64,000 bases of DNA from contig JAFCCO010000004.1 in NCBI GenBank assembly GCA_017610175.1, positions 1 through 64,000 of the forward strand, in the 5' to 3' direction. Below the pieces are notes generated by a model. It made no database searches, was not told where the DNA came from, and saw only the letters and a program-made list of their open reading frames with translations. The position numbers were made by a program, and so were the translations under genes. This DNA is from Candidatus Iainarchaeum sp. (GTDB taxonomy: Archaea; Iainarchaeota; Iainarchaeia; Iainarchaeales; GCA-2688035). Within the stretch, counting starts at the first letter, position 1; each line of letters starts with the position of its first letter. Below are positions 17,844-27,331 of this stretch, in pieces.

Positions 17844-18989
17844 ATGAAAAACACTCTGCTAATTGTGCTTTTGATTGCTTCAATGGCTTTAATGCCTGTT
17901 TATTCGCTTGCGGAAGAGCCCGCGGGCAAAACAGACCAAAACATGGTGGAAATCTTTCTTTTCTGGTCAATTGGATGCCCACACTGCAAAGCCGAAACAG
18001 AATTCCTGCAGGGGCTTGAGGAAAAATACAGCGAAAAAATTGAAGTGCATTATTTGCTTGCAAGCGACAATGCCGAACTATTCCACCAATTGGCTGAAGA
18101 AATGGGTGTGTCAACACAGTGGGTTCCCGCCACATTCATCCCTTTGTGCAACTGGAACACGGTTGGGTTTAATGATTCGGTTGGAGTGGAAATCGAATCA
18201 AAAATCAGCGGCAAACTTGATGAGATAACCTGTGAGGAAGACAATTACCTTTTGGTGCCCATTCTCGGCAGGGTTGAAACAGACAATATTTCCCTCCCGC
18301 TTTTCACAGTTGTACTCGCCGGCCTGGACGGCTTCAACCCGTGCGCAATCTGGGTTCTAATGTTTTTGCTTTCGCTGCTTATTTACAGCAAGAGCAGAAA
18401 GAGAATCCTTTTCATTGGGGGAATTTTTATTGCAACATCAGGCCTCATCTACTTCCTTTTTATGGCAGCTTGGCTGAACCTCTTCCTGTTTATTGGGTAC
18501 ACTGAAATTATGCGCGTAATTATAGCGCTGATTGCACTCGCGTTCGGCGCAATAAACCTAAAGGACTTCTTTGCGTTCAAGAAGGGGCTTTCCCTGACAA
18601 TTCCCGACAGTGTAAAGCCAAAGCTTTTCAAAAAAATGCGTGACATAACAACCGCTGAAATGAGCCTTGGACTTGTCCTTACAACAGTTTTCCTCGCAGT
18701 ATTCGTTAATTTAATTGAGCTTGCATGCACACTTGGACTACCAGCAATTTACACAAGAATTCTTACACTGCAGAACTTCCCACCAATAATCTACTACCTT
18801 TACCTTGCGGTGTACAATATTATTTATGTTATTCCACTTGCGATAATTGTCGGGGTGTTTGCGTATACAATGGGTGGAAGAAAGCTCTCTGAAAAAGAGG
18901 GTAGGATTCTAAAACTCGTTTCAGGAGCGTTGATGCTTACACTTGGACTGGTAATGCTTTTCGCACCGGAACTATTGATGTTCAGTTAA
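17844..18989 (+). CDS. Glutaredoxin-domain plus CcdA/DsbD-like membrane protein
   Basis: Signal peptide, GCPHC, DGFNPCA, ELACT, multiple TM helices. Confidence 0.85.
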   Translation: MKNTLLIVLLIASMALMPVYSLAEEPAGKTDQNMVEIFLFWSIGCPHCKAETEFLQGLEEKYSEKIEVHYLLASDNAELFHQLAEEMGVSTQWVPATFIPLCNWNTVGFNDSVGVEIESKISGKLDEITCEEDNYLLVPILGRVETDNISLPLFTVVLAGLDGFNPCAIWVLMFLLSLLIYSKSRKRILFIGGIFIATSGLIYFLFMAAWLNLFLFIGYTEIMRVIIALIALAFGAINLKDFFAFKKGLSLTIPDSVKPKLFKKMRDITTAEMSLGLVLTTVFLAVFVNLIELACTLGLPAIYTRILTLQNFPPIIYYLYLAVYNIIYVIPLAIIVGVFAYTMGGRKLSEKEGRILKLVSGALMLTLGLVMLFAPELLMFS

Positions 18990-19723
18990 GCAGCCATTCT
19001 GGCTTTCAGGATATCAGCGGCAGTAAAAAGCTCTTCTGCCTTGTCCCATATGTTTCGTTTGCTGTAAAATTCACCCGCTGCAGCGTAGGCCCTGACAATT
19101 GTTTCAGTAAATTCCTTGTTTTTGGCCGGGCCAGATCCCCTCAAAAGCCTGATTTCAGAATCCCGCGCAAAAGTTTCAAGAAGGCCAGCAACCATCCCGC
19201 TTTCCTTTTTCGGAACCGACGCAACAAGAAAACCAATCAACTGATTGCATTCCCCAAAGTTCTGTTTTCTCATCTTTCGCTTCAGCCTGTCCCACACAGC
19301 CAGAGTGCCGTCACTTAAGGCAAACCCGTGCCCCCTTCCAAACTTTGCCCTTTGCCCGATAAATTTCTCCTCTGCCGCAAGATTAAACTTTATCTTTGCC
19401 CTCTCGGCCTCAATCAATTGGATTACGCGTTTGTTTCTCTTGCCGGTAAATGCGCGGCTCATCAGGTTAGTTAATGCCCTGAACCGTTCTGCTCCACCCT
19501 GAGCAACCTTTGGAATTGCTGCTATCTGGCGCCTGGCTTCGGCAACGGTTTCAAGCGGAAGCTGTTTTCTTGAAACAATTGGGATGCCACATTTTGCTTT
19601 TTGTTTTCGCCACTGCCTTAGCGAAACCCCTTCAGGCGGTTTGCGCTCCCGCCTTCTTCGCTCGCGTTTTCTTTCAAAAACTTGGGGGGTAATTTTTTTA
19701 CCTGGTTTTTTTGGAATGGCCAT
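18986..19723 (-). CDS. Highly basic hypothetical protein
   Basis: Long ORF filling the gap; Arg/Lys-rich N-terminus; no motif recognised. Confidence 0.65.
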   Translation of the reverse strand: MAIPKKPGKKITPQVFERKRERRRRERKPPEGVSLRQWRKQKAKCGIPIVSRKQLPLETVAEARRQIAAIPKVAQGGAERFRALTNLMSRAFTGKRNKRVIQLIEAERAKIKFNLAAEEKFIGQRAKFGRGHGFALSDGTLAVWDRLKRKMRKQNFGECNQLIGFLVASVPKKESGMVAGLLETFARDSEIRLLRGSGPAKNKEFTETIVRAYAAAGEFYSKRNIWDKAEELFTAADILKARMAA

Positions 19724-19786
19724 GTTCTCCAAAAAAATAATGGCGTTAGCTTGTATTTAACACTTTGCAGTTTTCGCAAAACCGCT

Positions 19787-20536
19787 TTAAAAGAATTTGT
19801 CTATTGTTGCCTGTTTCTTTTCAATGCCCTTTATTTTCGCCTTTGGATTGCCTATTTCAAACTCAAAGTTGTAGAATTCAAGACCGTTGTTCTGCAAAAG
19901 CTCCATTGCATTCTTACCAATGCTTGGTGCAAGAAGGAGCCCGCGGCAGTTCTTTCCCTTTATTTTGGAGGCCTGCTGGACATACCTCTTAAGCTGCATG
20001 ACCGCATTGTAATCTGCCTGGCGTCTCTTAAGCTCAATTACAACAATATTCCCTTTGGCGTCCTCTGCCAAAATGTCCACAACCCCTTTTCTGAAAACCT
20101 CTTCCTGATTAAGCGGTTTTAGGCCTGGTTCCAAAAAAGAAAGGTCCTGCATTAGTTCATCACTTAGCTCGCGCTCTGAACCAAACAGCCGCAAATCAGC
20201 GGATTCCCTTATTGGATACGAGTGCAAACCGTCAACCGAGTAAAGCAGAACCTTTATTGTTTCCTTTGGATTTGTTTTCTTTGCCTGAAGCACAAGTGCA
20301 GAATCTTCAATGTTGCATGAAATGCGTGCGTCCATCATATAATTGGTCGGGCGCAGCAGCCTGTTTTGGTGAATTGCAATTGAATTGTCTCCCTTGATTA
20401 AAAGAAGCCTTTTCCCGCACGGAAGCTTGGATGCAGCCCTACCCCAGTATTCAACATAGCACTCTCCAATAACCATTAGCATGTCCTTTCGGGAGATTGC
20501 CTCCGCTATCTGTTTCTGAGCCTGCTCCAACCGCAT
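19787..20536 (-). CDS. nucS: Mismatch-specific endonuclease NucS/EndoMS
   Basis: YWGRAAS, IKGDNSIAIH, PTNY, GSEREL, VDIL..VIELKR..QLKRY; C-terminal PIP-box-like QATIDKFF. Confidence 0.92.
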   Translation of the reverse strand: MRLEQAQKQIAEAISRKDMLMVIGECYVEYWGRAASKLPCGKRLLLIKGDNSIAIHQNRLLRPTNYMMDARISCNIEDSALVLQAKKTNPKETIKVLLYSVDGLHSYPIRESADLRLFGSERELSDELMQDLSFLEPGLKPLNQEEVFRKGVVDILAEDAKGNIVVIELKRRQADYNAVMQLKRYVQQASKIKGKNCRGLLLAPSIGKNAMELLQNNGLEFYNFEFEIGNPKAKIKGIEKKQATIDKFF

Positions 20537-20590
20537 GATATAAGGGATGGGGCAAAGATTTAATAAAAAGAAAGCCGTTTTTAATTGCGA

Positions 20591-20869
20591 ATGGATGCAA
20601 CTGATTTTGCGATAGGAATTGCCCTTGTTGGAATTATTGTGTGGGTGTCGATTATTGCACTCAACCTTAACGTAGCCAGTGCGGAGATTGCAGACCTGTA
20701 TGTGCTCACAGCCCTTAACAAGCCGTTGATTTCAGTGGAAGAGGCTTGCCCAATTCAGGGTGGCTTTGAGCTTGTTGAGCCAAAAGGGTTTGATGCAGCA
20801 CCGTACTATATCCTGTCGGGAAGAAATGATTTCAACCAGACTTACTTCTGCTTTTATAGGAAGACCTAG
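20591..20869 (+). CDS. Small membrane-anchored hypothetical protein
   Basis: N-terminal TM helix; fills the gap. Confidence 0.55.
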   Translation: MDATDFAIGIALVGIIVWVSIIALNLNVASAEIADLYVLTALNKPLISVEEACPIQGGFELVEPKGFDAAPYYILSGRNDFNQTYFCFYRKT

Positions 20870-21189
20870 CGCTGAATGTACTTTGTGCCGGATTCAAGGC
20901 AGTTTTTTGCAATCTCAAGCTCTGATGCAATATACCCCATGTGCTCCAGGCCAACAAGCTTTCTGGACGTAATTTCCTTAATCATTTTCTCAATATTGGT
21001 TCCCCTGAATTCAACTGCCATTTTGTGGCTGTTGTTAACAAAGCCACAGCAAACCAGCCCGTTCTCCAGCTTTACCAAAAAATAGCCGTTGGGGTCCTGC
21101 CTCCAGGGAAATTCAAGGGAGTCAACCTCCACAATTTCCCTGTCCTTTGGAATATCAACCGGGTGTGATGGGCATTTTGTATCTGCCAT
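20866..21189 (-). CDS. DUF4346-domain protein
   Basis: QDPNGYFLV, LEHMGYIASELEIA..YIQ. Confidence 0.75.
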   Translation of the reverse strand: MADTKCPSHPVDIPKDREIVEVDSLEFPWRQDPNGYFLVKLENGLVCCGFVNNSHKMAVEFRGTNIEKMIKEITSRKLVGLEHMGYIASELEIAKNCLESGTKYIQR

Positions 21190-21224
21190 AAAATTACCAC
21201 TCAACAATTTCCGCAAAACAATAT

Positions 21225-22295
21225 TCACCGCAAAGGAATTAATTCTTTTGGCGCAGAACTCAGTTTTCTGCACTTTCTCTTTCCAATCACCACATCGTCC
21301 TCAATTCTTACCCCAAAACCCCTGAGGTAAACCCCTGGTTCCACCGTCAAAACCATCTTGTTCAGCATGTGCTCCTTTGATTCCGGAATAAATCCCGCAG
21401 GCGAATCATGCACATTCAGGCCAAGGCCGTGGCCCATTCCGTGAATTAATTCCTGCCCCGCATTTCTTTTGAGGAATGAGGAAACCTGCTCGAACACATT
21501 TCCCGCAGAAATTCCCTCAACGCACAGCGCTTCACCAAGGCTTTTTGCCTCGTAAACTATGTTGTAGAGGTCGCGCTGTGCCCTGGTCGGCTTTCCAACG
21601 GAGAAAACCCTTGTAAGGTCCCCGCAGTATCCCTTGAACTTTGCGCCGCAGTCGATTAGCACAGGCCCCTTTGTTATTTTGGAATCATTGGGAAAGTGGT
21701 GCGGAAAAGAGGAATGCCTTCCTGAAGCAACAATCACGGGAAATGCTATGTTGTCCTTGCTTTTTTCCCGAAGCCTAAATTCTATTTCAAGCGCAAGCTT
21801 TCTTTCAGTCATTCCTTTTCTGAAAAAGGAGGGCACTTTGCCCAGAACCCTTTCGGTTATGCGCGCGGCCTTTGCAATCCTTTCAATCTCCCACTTTTCC
21901 TTGATTGCCCGCACTTTGGACAACTGTTCTGAAACATCCACAAACCTTTTTCCGGGAAGTGCCTTTTTGAGGCGCTTGAGCATTGCTGCAGGGTAAAGCG
22001 ACATGTTTATTCCAATTCTTTTCCCGTCGAGTTCGCGGTTTAGAATTGCCTCCATCTCGCGCCTTTTCTTAACGGTTTTGATTCTAATGTTTTTTCTTTT
22101 AATTTCAGGATCCAAAACTGTGCGAACCAAAAGGGGCTTTCTTTTGGGGGCAAGAAAGAGGACGTTGTTGTCAATTTTTCCGGGCGCGATTCCCGAGAAA
22201 TAAAAGAGTGACGGCTCAAACCCGCTGGGGAATGTGCGCAGCAGGATTTTGTCTACGCCTGTCTCGCTAAACAGCTGTTTTATTTTTTGCTTCAT
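21225..22295 (-). CDS. Xaa-Pro aminopeptidase/prolidase (M24B)
   Basis: RAIK..EI, IDCG, GDLTR, HGMGHG, TVEPGVY, GVRIED. Confidence 0.92.
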   Translation of the reverse strand: MKQKIKQLFSETGVDKILLRTFPSGFEPSLFYFSGIAPGKIDNNVLFLAPKRKPLLVRTVLDPEIKRKNIRIKTVKKRREMEAILNRELDGKRIGINMSLYPAAMLKRLKKALPGKRFVDVSEQLSKVRAIKEKWEIERIAKAARITERVLGKVPSFFRKGMTERKLALEIEFRLREKSKDNIAFPVIVASGRHSSFPHHFPNDSKITKGPVLIDCGAKFKGYCGDLTRVFSVGKPTRAQRDLYNIVYEAKSLGEALCVEGISAGNVFEQVSSFLKRNAGQELIHGMGHGLGLNVHDSPAGFIPESKEHMLNKMVLTVEPGVYLRGFGVRIEDDVVIGKRKCRKLSSAPKELIPLR

Positions 22296-24070
22296 TAGAC
22301 CACGAGGTTTCCCTTGCGCATTATCCAGATAATTTCTTTTTTGGGGGTTTCAACCCAGATGTCAACCTTCTGCCTTGGGCAGTTGAGGACAATGTCACTG
22401 TGGTATGTTGTTTCGCGGCTTGGCTCATAACCGGAACCAAGGGCGATGTGCATCATTTTTGCAATCTTCTCGGTTTCAATCAGGTAGCGTGAAAGCTTTG
22501 CCTTTGGGTTTGTGTTTATGGCAAACTCGCCGACCATATCAAAGTTCCTGCGGTAAGTGTTAATTATGCTTTTCGGGGTGCTCTTGCTTTTTGCAAGGAT
22601 GTTAATCATTTTCTTGGCCTCGCTTTTTCTTTTTTTAAGCGCGGCAAGAATTTTCTTCGGGCCTGAAACAACGCGGTACTTGCCATCCTTGATTTTTACA
22701 ACCAGGGGATTTTTGTTCCCAATCACATAACTTTGGTCAACGTTGATTACCACATCCCCAATGTATGTCCCGTTCAGCCCGTAAGGGGTCCAGAAAACCT
22801 CCCCGCCGGGAAAGTTTCCGTAGCGCCCGCTTTTCATCTTGAATATTCCGGCCGACTCGTGCGGAGTGCTTGGGTTTACCTCTATGTCCGAGCCAAGCAC
22901 AGGGCTTTTTTTCTCAAGAATTCTTGTAAGGTCAACTGTAAGTTCGGTTCTGCCCTGCTTTATTTCCTTTCCGCGAACAAACAGGGTCTTGCCTTTCTTT
23001 ACAATTGACGCAATCTTCTGGTCAATCTTTCTTAACTTGTAATAATCGATGTAGCATGTGCGAATAAAGCTTTCAAGCGGAAGCGTTCCGGTTATTGCAA
23101 ACCTTGTTTGCGGTTCCCTGTTATCTATTTTGGTTTGTTCATACCAAAACGGCTTGAGGAACATTGTCCCGGGACCCTGCCACCTGCTTTTCCTGTTGGG
23201 GGTGGGGTATCCTATGGTCATTCCAAAAAAGTGCTTGCCGCCATAGCCCCTGCCGCTTACGCCAAACGCCGCCTGGTTTGGCTTGAGCTTTTCAAAGCGC
23301 ATGAGTTTTGAAAGCTTTTTGAATTTTTTGAAAACAGGCTCGTTTATGTTCTTGTCATATTCGCAGCCAACAAGAGTTGATGAAAGGTCTGAAATGCGGT
23401 TCATTTTTTCAAGCTGTGACATTTTTGCAGTGCTTGAGCCAAGTGAAATCCTGGTGCATTTCTTTTTTGCGGCAATGGCCATTGCCCGGCCTATAACAAA
23501 ATTGTCGAGGTAGTCATCCAGGGGGAGAAGAAGGTCCTTTTTTGTGGGAATCAATTCAAAGGAAACCGAGAAGCGTTCGCGTTTCTTGAGGGCATAGCCC
23601 TGTTCAAGGATGCGTCTGCATGTGGCAAGGGTTTCTTTCCACTTTCTTTTCTTGAACCACTTGAGTTCAAAGCCAAGCTCCCGCTCATCAAAGAAAAAAT
23701 GCTTTCCTGAAGCCGTTATTAGGTGGTCGGGGGCCTTGAAAAGCTTTTCAAAGTACTTGCTTTTCGATTTTTTGTTAACTTCCTTAATGAATTCGTCCAA
23801 CGCCTTCTTCTTTTGCCCTTCATCCAAAAGATAGGTGAGCCAAGTGCGCTTTAGGGCCTCAAGGCTCTCGCTTTTCTTGTCTATTACAAACAGGTTCATT
23901 TCCGCGCCCAGCTCGTGGATTGCACGGCTTAGGGGCGCAACAGAGTAGAATGCCTTTTCATTTGAGATTGGAAACTCCACAAGGCAAAGCTGTCCCTTTT
24001 TCAGCCTGCCTTTAAGGCCGTGCTTGTATGCCGCAACAGCTTTTCCAAACGCTTTTTGCCTGTATTTCAC
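22295..24070 (-). CDS. M29-like (thermophilic metalloprotease) aminopeptidase with long N-terminal extension
   Basis: GNFPGGEVF, GEFAINTN, ETEKI..HIALG, HSD. Confidence 0.75.
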   Translation of the reverse strand: MKYRQKAFGKAVAAYKHGLKGRLKKGQLCLVEFPISNEKAFYSVAPLSRAIHELGAEMNLFVIDKKSESLEALKRTWLTYLLDEGQKKKALDEFIKEVNKKSKSKYFEKLFKAPDHLITASGKHFFFDERELGFELKWFKKRKWKETLATCRRILEQGYALKKRERFSVSFELIPTKKDLLLPLDDYLDNFVIGRAMAIAAKKKCTRISLGSSTAKMSQLEKMNRISDLSSTLVGCEYDKNINEPVFKKFKKLSKLMRFEKLKPNQAAFGVSGRGYGGKHFFGMTIGYPTPNRKSRWQGPGTMFLKPFWYEQTKIDNREPQTRFAITGTLPLESFIRTCYIDYYKLRKIDQKIASIVKKGKTLFVRGKEIKQGRTELTVDLTRILEKKSPVLGSDIEVNPSTPHESAGIFKMKSGRYGNFPGGEVFWTPYGLNGTYIGDVVINVDQSYVIGNKNPLVVKIKDGKYRVVSGPKKILAALKKRKSEAKKMINILAKSKSTPKSIINTYRRNFDMVGEFAINTNPKAKLSRYLIETEKIAKMMHIALGSGYEPSRETTYHSDIVLNCPRQKVDIWVETPKKEIIWIMRKGNLVV

Positions 24071-24081
24071 AGTAAAAACCC

Positions 24082-24246
24082 TTATTTTTTCTTCAACAGC
24101 GGAAGGCCTGTTATAGTGTTTTCAACAACAAGGTAACCCTCGGGAAGATCAATTCCTTCCTCCGGCTTCTTTGAAAAGAAAAACAGTTTTCCCCTTTGGT
24201 GCAGGTAATATGTTTTCCCTCTGCTGTTCTCGTGTTCGTATCCCAT
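24082..24246 (-). CDS. Small hypothetical protein (YYLH..FFSK..DLPEGY..VEN..TGLPLLKK)
   Basis: GGAGG RBS; motif pattern I recall in small CPR/DPANN proteins. Confidence 0.75.
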   Translation of the reverse strand: MGYEHENSRGKTYYLHQRGKLFFFSKKPEEGIDLPEGYLVVENTITGLPLLKKK

Positions 24247-24325
24247 AAAAAAAACCTCCGAAAAAACACTCAATATAATTAGCCTGTTTCAATTATTAAA
24301 CCTTTTCCCACTTCAAAACAATTGG

Positions 24326-25411
24326 ATGAAACGCACACTGGAAGCAAGGTTCAAAGATTTTTGCCTTGGTTTGAGCAAGAAGGATCGGGTCGCAGTACTG
24401 CACCATTCGGATCCGGACGGATTTTGTTCAGGGCTTATTGTGATGAAAGCCATTGAAAAGCTTTCGGGAAAAAAACCTGTTCACATCGCACATTATGAGT
24501 ATGCAAATGAAAAGCAGGCGCGTGAATTTGCGCGCGCAGTCAAAAAGAAAAAGCTCAACAAACTTGTTCTCGTGGATATTGCAATTGACGGAGACATTCA
24601 GCGCAAAAGAATCATCAAGCCTTTTGACCGTGCGCTGATTCTTGACCACCACAAAATTTATGAGGACTTAAACAGCGAAAAAGTTGTTTTTCTGAAGGCC
24701 GGGTGGTTTTCAAAAAAGGACCCTGCACAGTATGCATGCAGCAAATTCTGCTTTGACATGTTTGGAAAGGTAACAAATGTTAGCGCGTTCGACTGGGTGG
24801 CCTGTGTTGGAATTCTCGGGGACATGGGCTTTGAAAGCTGGAAAAGCTTTGTGAAGAAAACAATGGTGAAAAGAAAACTTAAGCTTGACCAGCTTAATTT
24901 CCTTCTCGAAATGATTGCGGCAACCGAGGTTATGGCCGGAAACAGGATGAACTCCCTGCTTAATGAATTCTACAAGGCAAAAAACCCAAAGTCACTGCTC
25001 AAAAGCAGCTTTGTAAAATATATCAAGGCAGTGAGGTGTGAAAGGGACCAGCTTGTTGCGGGCTTTGACAAAAGGGCAGAATACATCCCTGAAGTCGATT
25101 TGTTTGTTTACGAATTTGTGGTGAAAAGAGACGGAATCAAAAGCTATGTCGTGAACGAAATAAGCCAGATTCACCCGAACACAAATGTTGTTGTTATACA
25201 GGATTCAAAACGCGGGGACTTAAGAATAAGCGCAAGAAGGCAGGATTACAAGGTTAGGATGAATGAGCTAATGGAGAAGTCAATTCACGGAATTCCAAAA
25301 TCAAACGCAGGCGGGCACATTCCTGCGGCTGCCGCAAGAATTCCAAAAAAGTTTAGGGCAAAGTTTCGCGCAAATATGATTAAGGTTTTGAAGAAAATGA
25401 AAAAAAAGTAG
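24326..25411 (+). CDS. DHH-family phosphoesterase (RecJ/NrnA-like)
   Basis: HHSDPDG, VDI, LDHH, AGGH. Confidence 0.88.
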   Translation: MKRTLEARFKDFCLGLSKKDRVAVLHHSDPDGFCSGLIVMKAIEKLSGKKPVHIAHYEYANEKQAREFARAVKKKKLNKLVLVDIAIDGDIQRKRIIKPFDRALILDHHKIYEDLNSEKVVFLKAGWFSKKDPAQYACSKFCFDMFGKVTNVSAFDWVACVGILGDMGFESWKSFVKKTMVKRKLKLDQLNFLLEMIAATEVMAGNRMNSLLNEFYKAKNPKSLLKSSFVKYIKAVRCERDQLVAGFDKRAEYIPEVDLFVYEFVVKRDGIKSYVVNEISQIHPNTNVVVIQDSKRGDLRISARRQDYKVRMNELMEKSIHGIPKSNAGGHIPAAAARIPKKFRAKFRANMIKVLKKMKKK

Positions 25412-25413
25412 TT

Positions 25414-26367
25414 TTAGCCCCTTACTTCCCTTTTTTGCGGCTCAACAAATTTCATTCCAAGCGCCTTGAAAACCTCTTCCTCGGTTTTGCCTGCAACAAC
25501 TTCCTCGCCCCTAAACAGGCCGTACTCATTTAGCTTAAGCCCTTTTTTGATTGCAATTCTTCTTATGGATATGTTAAACTGCTTGCTGCCGGTAAAATAA
25601 AGAAGGGCCGCTCCCCACTGCTCGGGCTTTACCGCACGAAGGTCAACCTGAATCCCTTCGCCTGTCCTAATGCTTGACTTTGTGGACCCCTTCATTATAA
25701 CCTCTGAAACAGGCTTTAGTGAAGTGAAAAGGTCCATCACTTTCTTCGGCTTGGTTGTTGAAACAAGAACATCCACGTCCCCGATTGTTGGTTTCATTCT
25801 GCGAACCGAACCCGCAATCTCAATTCGTTTTACGGCCCTGCTTTTTTGCATCGCCGACTTGAATGTTTTGGCCGTTGCAATCGCTTCGGCAAGGGGAATT
25901 CTCCCGCCTGACTCCGCAATCGCGATGTTTTTCAAAATCTGTGCCTCACTTTTCTCACCAAAGCCCTCAAGCCCGCTTATCTTGTGCTGCTCTGCCGCTT
26001 TCTTCAAAGACTCAATGTCTTTGACCCCAAGCTTTTCAAAGAGAATCTTTATTTTTCTTGGGCCAAGCCCTGGAACGCGATTGAGTGAAGCAATGTCAAC
26101 CCCTGATTTTTTGCGAAGCTTGGCAAGGCTCTCCACCGCCCCTGTTTCAATGAACTCAATTATTTTTTGGGCGAGCGCCTTTCCAACCCCTGGAATTGCT
26201 TCAAGCGCCTTTTCTCCACCGCGCTTGTAAATTAGTTCAACCGGCTCGGGAATGTTTTGCAGGTTAATTGCCGCAGTGCGGTAAGCTCGCGGTTTCCACG
26301 CAACATTCTGCATTTCAAGAATGTCGGCTATTTCAAAAAATATTTTTGCTAAAGCCTCATTTAGCAT
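25414..26367 (-). CDS. polX: Family X DNA polymerase, no PHP domain
   Basis: RAYR, IPGVG HhH, AGSVRR..GDVD, QVDLR, YFTGS, LNEYGL. Confidence 0.92.
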   Translation of the reverse strand: MLNEALAKIFFEIADILEMQNVAWKPRAYRTAAINLQNIPEPVELIYKRGGEKALEAIPGVGKALAQKIIEFIETGAVESLAKLRKKSGVDIASLNRVPGLGPRKIKILFEKLGVKDIESLKKAAEQHKISGLEGFGEKSEAQILKNIAIAESGGRIPLAEAIATAKTFKSAMQKSRAVKRIEIAGSVRRMKPTIGDVDVLVSTTKPKKVMDLFTSLKPVSEVIMKGSTKSSIRTGEGIQVDLRAVKPEQWGAALLYFTGSKQFNISIRRIAIKKGLKLNEYGLFRGEEVVAGKTEEEVFKALGMKFVEPQKREVRG

Positions 26368-26407
26368 AATGCAAAACCAAGGGGTTTTTTTGTATTAAAT
26401 TATTGCC

Positions 26408-26677
26408 TTAATCAAATGCCTTCCTTTTTTCGAAGGTTTCCGCACACTTCAGGCTGCAGAAGCTGACCATTTTCCCGTTAATTTCCCTTTCAACTATGTG
26501 GGCAAGGTCTATTTGCTTTTTGCAGGCATTGCACTCAACCCACTTTGTGTCCTCATACCCTTCCATAAAACCCGCTTCCGCAGGGGTTATTTCACTGTCG
26601 TCAAGCTGGTCCTCTCGCTCTTCCTTGTTGTAAATGTTTTCGTCCGGGGCTTCCTCTTCCCTTTTTTTATCAGTCAT
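26408..26677 (-). CDS. Small acidic protein with TRASH/FCS-type metal finger
   Basis: EAGFMEGY; CNAC..FCSLKC. Confidence 0.75.
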   Translation of the reverse strand: MTDKKREEEAPDENIYNKEEREDQLDDSEITPAEAGFMEGYEDTKWVECNACKKQIDLAHIVEREINGKMVSFCSLKCAETFEKRKAFD

Positions 26678-26747
26678 TTCAATTCCTCCTCAAAATATGA
26701 TTAGGTACAAATAGTTAATAAAAAGGGTTTGTGGTTTAATAAAGCTT

Positions 26748-27326
26748 ATGGATGTATTTGAGGCAATTTCCGGAAGAAGAACTGTCAGAATATTTCTTGA
26801 AAAAGCAGTGGGGTTTGAACTGCTTGAAAAGTGCGTTGACGCCGCACGCATTGCCCCCTCGGCAAAAAACAAGCAGGAACTTGATTTCATCGCAGTAAAT
26901 AATCCCGAAACTGTTGAAAAGATAAATGCCGCCGCATTCTTCGGCGGAGTGGTTTATGAAAAGGGACGCGTTAAGGGAGAGGAACCGAAAGCGTTTATTG
27001 TAATCGTTTCAAACAAGGAAAGGGCAAGCGAAGACTACACACTTACAAACGCGGGAATTGCCGCAAACACAATTGCACTTGAGGCATTTGAATTGGGCCT
27101 TGGAACATGCATAATGGGTGCGATTGAAAGGGACAAAATAAGGGAAATCCTTTCAGTGCCAAACGGGTTTGATATACCGCTTGCAATTGCAATTGGCTAC
27201 CCAAAAGAAAAGCCTGTTATGGAAGAAGCCAAGGAAGGCAATCTAAGGTACTGGATTGATGAAAACAGCGAGATTCACATTCCAAAAAGAGCATTGAAAG
27301 AAGTGCTGCACAAGGACAGGTTTTGA
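26748..27326 (+). CDS. Nitroreductase-family protein
   Basis: RRTVR, APSAKNKQ, GLGTC, IGYP. Confidence 0.9.
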   Translation: MDVFEAISGRRTVRIFLEKAVGFELLEKCVDAARIAPSAKNKQELDFIAVNNPETVEKINAAAFFGGVVYEKGRVKGEEPKAFIVIVSNKERASEDYTLTNAGIAANTIALEAFELGLGTCIMGAIERDKIREILSVPNGFDIPLAIAIGYPKEKPVMEEAKEGNLRYWIDENSEIHIPKRALKEVLHKDRF

Positions 27327-27331
27327 TCAAA

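Noticed and set aside
4635-18989. Selenoprotein or stop-codon recoding among the redox genes
   Set aside because: No in-frame TGA at redox-motif positions; ORFs end at expected lengths in the standard code
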